Shown piece after piece: positions 54,839-64,000 of a stretch of 64,000 bases of DNA (the stretch's first letter is position 1; every line of letters starts with the position of its first letter). Under the pieces are notes generated by a model that worked only from the letters and a program-made list of their open reading frames with translations, made no database searches and was not told where the DNA came from. This stretch comes from Octopus sinensis (lineage: Eukaryota), in contig NC_043003.1 of the NCBI RefSeq assembly GCF_006345805.1, forward strand, positions 9,672,001 through 9,736,000. The letters are read 5' to 3'. The position numbers were made by a program, and so were the translations under genes.

Positions 54839-55446
54839 TCACATATACATATGTGTGTTTTTGTTTGTGTATATATGTATGTGTTTGTATGTATGCGTGT
54901 GTTTCCTTTAATAATATGTAAATTACCTTTTATAACCGGTGACTTTCAAACTCTGTAAACCAAAACAATAGATAGATCAATACAGGCTTATCATTTGCTA
55001 GCCTATATACAATATAATTCTAAAGGAGAAATGAAGTGTCGGCGCATACTAACGCAGTACACCTTCGCGTGAATAATGATATAGTTTTCCTGCCATATGA
55101 TGCAGCAAAATTTCAAGATAGCTAAGAATATATGAGGTGAAAGTTCGAAGAAATATTTATAAAATACTAGTTAATGAAATCGTTAATGAATCGTTACACG
55201 ATTCCTAAATTTCTGTCAAAGAGGAAATGTATAGCGATTAGAAATTATTTTAATAGATAAGATGAAAATAACTGTCATCAACTCAAAGTTATGATTTGAA
55301 ATATTAATCTCCTGTTTATAGGTTGCTGATGATCAAAGTGTATCTTTAATTTGTAGTTTAGTTTTGCCGAAAGATATAACGATCGCGTGGTCCGTAACTT
55401 CTTTCATTCTGTGTGTCTGTCTGACTGTCCTTCTGCGTGTTTGTCT

Positions 55447-55494
<48 letters not shown>

Positions 55495-55614
55495 GTGTGC
55501 ATCTCTGTATATATATATATAATATAGCTGAAGAGAGATGTATGTAAGAAGGTGTAATAATTTGACTTTCGAGAAAGTGAGAGATCAGGCATTTATATAT
55601 ATATAAATCTCACC

Positions 55615-55663
<49 letters not shown>

Positions 55664-55710
55664 TAGTTAGATAGATAGATAGATAAATAGATACATACAT
55701 ACATATAGAT

Positions 55711-55746
<36 letters not shown>

Positions 55747-55759
55747 GTATGTATACACA

Positions 55760-55827
<68 letters not shown>

Positions 55828-55871
55828 CAACATTTCTGTACACTGAAAACGTATCGCTTATCTCTTACTTG

Positions 55872-56245
55872 TTTTAATCATTGGAATACGACCATTTTGG
55901 GACACCAACTTGAAGGGTTTAGTAGAACAAGTCGATCCCGGTACTTATCCTGTGAATTCTAGTACTTTTTCTATCGGGTTTTTTCATCGAAACGCCAATT
56001 TAAGGTGGCGTAAAGAAACAAACACCGTTTTTCAAATTGCGGGGAGGAAACAAAGACAAACAGACGCACACGTATATATTTATGTATACGGCGGGCGTCA
56101 ACACAATTTCTCTTTATCAAATTCACTCACAAAACATTGGTCTGGCCAGGGTTATAATAAAATTCACTTGCCCGAGGTGCCATGCAGAGGAACTGAACAT
56201 AAATCTACGTAGTTCCAAAGCGTACATTTTGAGCAAGCAACCGTT
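55872..56245 (-). mobile_element. tRNA-derived SINE (OK-like), diverged
   Basis: Contains CACTTGCCCGAGGTGCCATGCAG and CACTCACAAAACATTGGTC, the reverse complements of OK-like blocks. Confidence 0.7.
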
Positions 56246-56878
56246 GAAGTATTTTGAGCTTAGAATAGATTTTGTCGAGCACGAAACACCGGGATATATA
56301 CGTGTGTACACCTTTTGTCTGTGGAAAACTATACATACACATATATACACGCATGCACACACACGCATACACACTTTTATGTATATATGCATTTATGCAT
56401 GCATGTATGTCTGCCTGTTTATACCCACAGACCGACACAAATATCTATATATATATATGCGGGCATGCATGTATAAACTTGTGGGTTTGTATGTTGATAT
56501 CTTTATGTGTATTTACGCTTATCTGTGTGTTTTCATGGTTACTTGAGTATTCCCATAAATATTTTATAATTCAATAGTCAAAGCTACTAACCGTATCATA
56601 TAGCCTTTCTTCTTGAAATATTTCAGATATATAATTTATGTTAAACATATTGGTTTTTACTGCAGTTCTTGTCCTGGCACAGATTTTAAATAAGAAAGGA
56701 AACACACCTTATAGCTAGACGGCCACATTAGCCTTGTAAACCTCCGTAGAAAGTTATTATCAGGGCTAAATAGTTAAAAAGCAAATTTATCACGAACTCC
56801 TGATACTGTGATAATATTTGCAGTAGAATAGCCTACATAAAATTTACACACACACATATAAATATACATTTATATATA

Positions 56879-57147
56879 TATACATTTATGAATATACCTA
56901 CATACGTATATGCTCTCACTCACACTGAGAAATTGATATAACCAATTCTTAAATTGATGTACACTAGTGTACAATATAACACACATAACGATATTTCAAA
57001 ATGTAAACACACACACGCATATATACATTTATGTATATCCATACATACGTACATGTTCTCACTCACACAGAGAAATTTATATAACAATTCTTAAATTGAT
57101 GTACACTAGCGTATAGTATAATACATATAAAGATATTTCAAAATATA
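56879..57147. repeat. Diverged tandem duplication, period about 143 bp
   Basis: TATACATTTATG...CTCACTCACAC.GAGAAATT...AATTCTTAAATTGATGTACACTAG...GATATTTCAAAAT occurs twice. Confidence 0.8.
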
Positions 57148-58740
57148 ATAACAGTAAACGGAGGGCAGTAGCAACTAACAATTGACTTCGTCACGCTAAT
57201 ATGAGGCAGTATAAGTGTGTTTGGATGAGCATCTCTGTGTGTCTGTATTATTTTGCTAAAAATGGAGACAATCCCTAGAGTCAGAATGCCATAAATCGCG
57301 ATTCAAAATGATCGTCATTGCAACAATAAATTGATGAACCTATTACCGCATCGATCTGATCTGTCTCTGAGGGTTGTGAAAGGTTACGAACACAGGTCTT
57401 TCCAACAATCACACAACCACAACAATATATAATATGCATATGGGAAAGAAATTCATGCACAAATCAGCTGCTTTAAAAATCATGATCATAGGTTTCCTAA
57501 AAATACATATAATGTGCATCAATATTTACGTATAGATGTAGATATTTCTGATACACAATTGTTACCGTATCTTGCTCTTGACAAGAAAACAAACAATATT
57601 TTACTGGATTGCTGCGCACTTCTCTAGATTTCTTTTTCCTGCTTTCATTTCTCATACTATTTTATCGCAACATCTAAATCCAGCCTGAATGATTGTTCTT
57701 TTTTATATTAGACCTTCTCAAGTATTTTCAATGAGCCTAAATGTAATATAAAAAGGACCTCAGAGAGTGAGAGTAAAACGCATACATCGCTGATGATAGA
57801 AATATATTTGGATTTCGAAGTATAAATTTTGAATATTAATTCTAGAATTTTGAAGTAAACACCTGAAATAAAAAAAATATAACTACAAAATAAATAGAAA
57901 AGGGAGAACAAAATTTAACATACATCATACTCTCCGCACATTCCATATTTCTTAATTCTCCGATCTGTAGCAATTTAAATAAATCCATTTACAGATTTAG
58001 AAAAAATAATCACAGCAGCTGATTTCTTGTTCTGGGGAACAACTTACACGTCATAATATTGCTTTGAAATATTTTATCTTTCTATATATACGTTTAAATC
58101 AAAATATCTCTTACTTTATATACGTTTCGTGAAAATCCGTAATTACATAGCTAAAAATAAAGTACAAAATTAGTAGTATCTTGAAATTTCATCCATTAGA
58201 TTTTGAATTGTTGAAAAATTGTTAAAGCCATTATATATTTTAATATACGGACACTAACATTCCTTCACAGGAGATATATATATATAAACGGATTAATATT
58301 ACAACGGCGACTCACCTCAAATCAACATTCCACATAACTGGAAATAATAAAACTGGAAAGCAATGTCATTTATAGAATATAGAAAGAGTAGTTAGCTTTG
58401 TTTACAACGACTGCGGTCATAATACTAACATTGGAACATTTAAACGCATCCTAAGACGAATTCATCTAAAATTAATTTAATCTAAGGAAAACTAAGCCAT
58501 CCGTACAGTTTGCCGTTTGAAAAGTTATATATTTCTAAATTGTTTTCAAGTGGAAACTGAAATGAATGATAATTTGTAGAGAGCTTCTTTTGTGTCATTG
58601 TAAATTCCCTTTCGCCCTGACATACAAACACACATATATATTGTCCATGTCATAAGCAAATTATAAAATTCGAGAGAAGTTGGAAGAATTATATTTTTGC
58701 AATGGTGGATCTAGAAGCAGGCAACGCTATAAATAATAGT

Positions 58741-59128
58741 GGCAGGCGTGGCTATGTGGTATTTAGATTTCTTTCCAATCACATGGTTCCGGGTTTAGAC
58801 TCACTACATGGCACCTTGAAGAAGTCTCTTCTACTATAGCCTTGGGCCGACCAAATGCTTGTGAGCGGATTTGGTTGAATGAAACTGATAGAAGCCCATC
58901 GTATATATGTATATGCGTACATCCACGCATATATGTCTTTGTGTCTGTGTTTGATCCACCATCACCGCTTGAAAAAAGGTGTTGTGCTTACCCTCTCGTA
59001 ATCAAGCGGATACCTATAGAATAAGTATCAAGCTTTAAAAGAAGGCCTGGGACCGATTTGTTCGATTAAATCCCTTCGACGTAGTACCCCAGCATGGCCG
59101 CAGTCAAATGACTAAAACAACTAAAAGA
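58741..59128 (+). mobile_element. tRNA-derived SINE (OK-like), diverged
   Basis: Same head, GGCACCTTG block and GCATGGCCGCAGTCAAATGACT 3' end as 30468. Confidence 0.8.
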
Positions 59129-60252
59129 TTAAGTATTAGTTTTTAAAAAAGAACACTTTGGAGAGAAAAGTTCGCAGATTGCCCGGGTCTTTACTCTTCT
59201 CTGTATTCATTCACACTGTTCTCCACTATCATGTCGTATACACACACACACACACATGTATATATATGCATATAACTATACACACACACACAAATACACA
59301 CATAATATATATATATTATACTTATTTATAGATACACATATTCATGTATGTATGCCTCATACAATAACAAGGTAACAGTCAACCTATGTATATTATACTC
59401 AAAAGGAAAAAAACACTCGAATATATATGTGTGTGTGCATGTGTGTGTCTGTGTGTGGTGTGTGTATGTGTGTGTTTGTGAGCCCATTTATAACTTAAAT
59501 ATTAAGAAAAACCTGCGCGGGCTTAGATGGTGAAATAAAATACTACTAATATCTTTATCTAAATAAAGAATTTCAATAAGAATAACGGGTGCATTACGAC
59601 AAAAAAATGTAAGAATTATTCTCTAGGATAACGGACAATAATATATTCGAGTGTTACGTACGTAGCTTACAGAAGATTATATCAGCTGAATGAATAGCTT
59701 GTTAAACGAAAGTTAATCTGTAGGGAATCTCGCTTAAATCTAGCTGCCAAATTTGAATTTCTTAATAATAAAATGTTTTGTTGCGTATTTGAATCTCTGG
59801 CTTATTTAACAAATGTTTAAAAATATGTCGAGCTTTAGTTTGCAGGTCTTGCAAATAATATCACTTCCAATATTCATAAGAAAATAAATTCATATAAACA
59901 ATTATTCACCTTCCAGTGCCGTGTAACTACAATGTCGTGCAGGGGCGGGTTGAACCAATGAAAATACAGATTAAGCTACTGTTTATAAATCATTATAGCA
60001 TATATTATGATGTGTGAACATAATTTATTATCGATACATTTGGGAAGGGCGTACATTGAGGAAAATATATCCATAGGATACCAGTGGGTTTATGTATATA
60101 TAAATTTGAACTATTAACGATAAGTTCAGTGCATGTTGCAAAATCTTTTTACTTTTAATCTAGGTCATTTTTTTAAAGAAAAAAATGTTTTTTTTTCTTA
60201 GTCATATAAAAATGAAAACGCATCTCCCAATACCACTAATAATGATACTTTC

Positions 60253-60557
60253 AATGATAGAAAAAGCCAACTTCTAAAATTTAGAAGATTGCCTGTAAAG
60301 TTGGAGGTTTCTAAATGATAGAACAAGCCAACTTCTAAAATTTAGAAGATTGCCTGTAAAGTTGGAGGTTTCTAAATGATAGAACAAGCCAACTTCTAAA
60401 ATTTAGAAGATTGCCTGTAAAGTTGGAGGTTTCTAAATGATAGAAAAAGCCAACTTCTAAAATTTAGAAGATTGCCTGTAAAGTTGGAGGTTTCTAAATG
60501 ATAGAAAAAGCCAACTTCTAAAATTTAGAAGATTGCCTGTAAAGTTGGAGGTTTCTA
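60253..60557. repeat. 61-bp tandem repeat x5 with internal dyad symmetry
   Basis: Unit AATGATAGAA(A/C)AAGCCAACTTCTAAAATTTAGAAGATTGCCTGTAAAGTTGGAGGTTTCTA. The copies differ at only one site. Confidence 0.95.
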
Positions 60558-60995
60558 AATATTTCCGACATCGTTCGCAGATTATGCTAGACTTCTGCCC
60601 TCGTTTATTACGGACGTTTGTTTAAAAATACTCACTGTGATAAATGAATCGATGTTAAACGAATGATAGAACGTAAGGAAAAGATAGATTTTGCTCCGAG
60701 GCCCACAGTTGTACTAAGCATTGTGGATGGTTGCTGGAGCAAGCTTTTGCGCTCCGTGCATCATTTTTGACTGATCCCCATCTCGTGTTCTCTTGATAAG
60801 CGTAATACTGTTCATGATCAGCGTGGTGGATCGGTGACAGAGGAAGATAGCTATATTGTGTATGCAATACCACAACAGATCTTTAGCAATCACAGTATCT
60901 ATAAACATATGTAAATAGCATTGTCTTAATTTATAATATTTTTTGCGGGTTATTTTTATTAGGTCATAACGCTGAATGTGTGTATATATCATATA

Positions 60996-61405
60996 GGAGT
61001 AGGACTGAATGTTGTGGGTAAGTAGCTTGCTAACCAACCACATGTGTTCCGGGTTCAGTCCCATGCGTGGCATCTTGCGCAAGTGTCTTCTGCTATAGCC
61101 CCGGGTCGACCAATGCCTTGTGAGTGTATTGGTAGACGGAAACTGAAAGAAGCCTGTCGTTAAAATGTATATATATAATATGTGTGTGTGTGTGTGGGTG
61201 TCTGTGTTTGTTCCCCCAACATCGCTTGACAACCGATGCTGGTGTGTGTTTACGTCCCCGTAAATTAGCGGTTCGGCAAAAAGAGACCGATGGAATAAGT
61301 ACTGGGCTTACAAAGAATAAGTTCCGGGGTCGATTTGCTCGACTAAAGGCGGTGCTCCAGCATGGCCGCAGTCAAATGACTGAAACAAGTAAAAGAGTAA
61401 AAGAG
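60996..61405 (+). mobile_element. tRNA-derived SINE (OK-like) with short (AAAAGAGT)2 tail
   Basis: Near-identical body to 30468-30911. Confidence 0.9.
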
Positions 61406-62421
61406 AATATATATATAAATATAATAATATATATATATATGTATGTATATATATATATATATGTATGTATATATGTATGTAAGTATATATGTATGTATGT
61501 GTGTGTTTGAGCATTTCGCTTAACAGTTCAGTGTGGGACCCATCTATATTTGAGATTTAATGATATTAATTATACAACCCATGTAAATATTAAAATATTA
61601 AAAAGATAAATAAACAAAAACAAAATAGCCATGTTATACATTCCTCTGTATTTGAACGCATTTCCTTTTATGAGAGAATTTATTTTCATAGCTAATTTTA
61701 TCGTTATTTTTTACATTGTTAATTCATTGTTAAATGCCATCCTTGTTGTTACACAAATATTGTTGAGTTTAATTATATTATTTCTTTGTAATTAAGCACT
61801 TTACTTTAAAATGAATTTATGATGGATGTTGTATATAAGCCTTACATATTATTTGCATAAAATCAAATGAATAGCTTCCGATTGTGTATTCACACTGCAT
61901 TCTCATAAGTGAATAGTCTTAATGCCAAAACACCTCAGTTGAATAAGCATATCTTGAACTGGAAAATTTACTTGAAATAACAGGCAAGATAACTCATTCC
62001 TACATTCATATATCACAGTGATACACGTATGCAATACAGCATCATTGCGTGTTTCTGTATGTATATGTATTTTTGTGCATGTATGTATGTAGGTAGTAAG
62101 TATTGATGTATGTATGTATGAAAGTACATATATTTGCATTTATGCATATAGTTGTAGGACACATTTAAAGTGTTCCAAGTTCGGCCGAGGATTCAAAAGT
62201 AAATACATATATACGAGTTTGAAACTAAGTAAAAACAATTGGCGCACGATTATGTTGTCGCTTCTCTTCCTATGTCAATATCTTCGGATATTTCCATTTG
62301 TTTCAATAGATATCTATGATACGAAAGATACCCCAAAAGCATACGTATGTCATGTACCATATATATATATTAATATATACAAATATATACAAATTTATAG
62401 GCATATACGTATATATATTTC

Positions 62422-62467
<46 letters not shown>

Positions 62468-62729
62468 TATGAATTGGTTTATCTGCATCACTATCTTCAT
62501 ACCAGCTCAACTGGATTTATTTTGTGGCCATTCTATACACCGTCGACCTTGTCCTCCATGAAGATTTCGGATTTTTAAAGTCCAAAATCTCTTAGAACTA
62601 CTACATCTTTTCTATATTAACCATCACTAGCATCCAGCATATGACTGTATACATAATGTGTAAGTGGTGTGTGTGTACACACACACACCACCACACATAT
62701 ATATATTTATATTACTTACTCCGGTATAT

Positions 62730-62771
<42 letters not shown>

Positions 62772-62897
62772 ATAATTATATATATATAAAATATACTATT
62801 ATATATATATATATATATATAATATATATACGGAGTAAGAAAGCACATAAATGTGAAACACGGTGGAAAAAAAGTACTCAATAACCAGAGCCAGAGT

Positions 62898-63050
62898 AAT
62901 ATGCTTATTTAGAACAGCAGAAATATGACTAAAGCTGTTACTCAGAGTTTCACGTTCCCGTTCGTCGGACAGTGTGTTTCCCGACGAACGGGAATGTGAA
63001 ACTCTGAGTAACAACTTAGTTATATTTCTGCTGCTTTTAAATAAAGTATT
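62898..63050. repeat. 153-bp imperfect palindrome (about 70-bp arms, 12-nt spacer) near (TA)n
   Basis: The left arm 62898-62968 is the reverse complement of 62981-63050 with a few mismatches. Confidence 0.9.
62935..62972 (-). ncRNA. Minimal type I hammerhead-like motif with U4C core
   Basis: Minus strand reads CUGU-CCGACGA-[ACG-GGAA-CGU]-GAA-[ACUC-U-GAGU]-A-ACAG. Stem I (CUGU/ACAG), a GNRA-capped stem II and a palindromic stem III are all present. Confidence 0.65.
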
Positions 63051-63574
63051 ATATATATAATATATATATATATATATTATATATATATATATATAGGTAT
63101 ATGAATAATATGTATGCATATTTGCGTGTGTGTTTATTTATACGTGTATATATATACATTTATATATGTTAATATTAATTGTGTGCAAGGCAGCACATCA
63201 TTTCAAATATATATTAGCAGTGCAGCGTTACGTTATGTATTTCTAGCAAAAAAAGTATTTAAAGTGTAATATACAATCCTAATAAGGAAATCTAGATTTG
63301 AAACTTTGTGAGGCATATGATTTCATTTATAACTATTTTATTATACACTTTGATAACCTAATTGTCAACCTTTACATATATGCATAATATTCGCACACCA
63401 CAAGTTCACTGCATCTTATATAGATATGAATGTAAAAATATCCAGAGTTAAAAGAGTCAATAAGCGTACTGTGTGATGCGCTCATATTTTCCATACGAAT
63501 AAATTACAAAAATAGAACATAATCGAAGACATTTTGAATAAATGCATGCATACATACATACATATATATATAGA

Positions 63575-64000
63575 TATGTTTCGACCAAAGATTGGTCCAG
63601 GCCATGCCTAACTTAATAGCACCACCTGATATGATTATTTGAATCCTGTTTAAGTCAAGTTTTGTTTATGGTCCATTCAAGTAGTGAGTTTTTGTTGGGT
63701 GAGTTGTATCCAATAATAGGTGTCTTATCCGGTATTCCTTGAAGAAATCTATCCAGACTCCGGTTAAAGTTGATGGGATCTTTTTCCTCTTTGATTTCTT
63801 TCTGGTCAATGTTAAACAGGGCAGGGCCTGTTGCGGAAAAGAAATTATGTTGCAGTGTACCTATATGATGTGATCCTGAATTGGGCAGGGGACGTATGAC
63901 CCATGAACCCAGCTTTGGATGAACCTTGAAACTAATGTTCAGGTCGTTTGTGCAAAGTTGGCGGTATATTCTCCACATCGTACAAATGATGTACCGCTCG
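63575..64000 (-). mobile_element. CR1/L2-group LINE 3' end (ORF2 C-terminus and 3' UTR), runs off the window
   Basis: ERYIICTMWRIY...HPKLG...GTLQHNFFSATGPALFN...FNRSLDRFLQGIPDKTPIIGYNSPNKNSLLEW*, then a 3' stem-loop GACCA/TGGTC-GAAAC. Confidence 0.8.

Noticed and set aside
57788-57845. CUGAUGA...GAAG near-hammerhead
   Set aside because: GAAG instead of GAAA, stem II out of register and no stem I. Other CUGANGA hits (7113, 12044, 16784, 55325) also lack the architecture.
60253-60557. CRISPR-like array
   Set aside because: Units are identical with no unique spacers, there are no cas genes, and the context is eukaryotic.
63578-63607. Stem plus GAAAC at the LINE 3' end as a hammerhead
   Set aside because: No CUGANGA upstream. 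It is better explained as the LINE 3' recognition stem-loop.

Overview
AT-rich animal genomic DNA packed with microsatellites. The SINE families resemble the Octopus OK and OR/CORE SINEs, so a coleoid cephalopod source is inferred. No complete protein-coding gene can be supported. Almost all long ORFs in the track are microsatellite read-throughs, and there is one plausible terminal coding exon (36126-36355, +). The window is a mosaic of decayed retroelements: at least six Dong/R4-like RLE LINE relics, two RTE relics, an APE-endonuclease relic and a CR1/L2-group 3' end, all on the minus strand. It also holds tRNA-derived SINEs, six copies of a ~620-bp non-coding element anchored in (AAT)n arrays, an internally deleted mariner and a Helentron-like element. 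The most notable signal is hammerhead-ribozyme (HHR) motifs from three unrelated repeat families: a canonical type I core at 8176-8230, a CCGACGA-core variant in a 153-bp palindrome at 62898-63050, and three copies of a minimal CUGUUGA-core motif. In the first two cases the motif is arranged as an inverted, back-to-back pair next to (TA)n. Other highlights: a shared 3' terminal motif links the OK-like SINE to the CR1/L2-group LINE, a SINE tail has expanded into a 1.6-kb two-variant 8-mer satellite, the 620-bp element is fused directly to a Dong fragment, and a 61-bp tandem array has hairpin-shaped units. All calls were made by eye and by manual translation; no database searches or folding computations were run.
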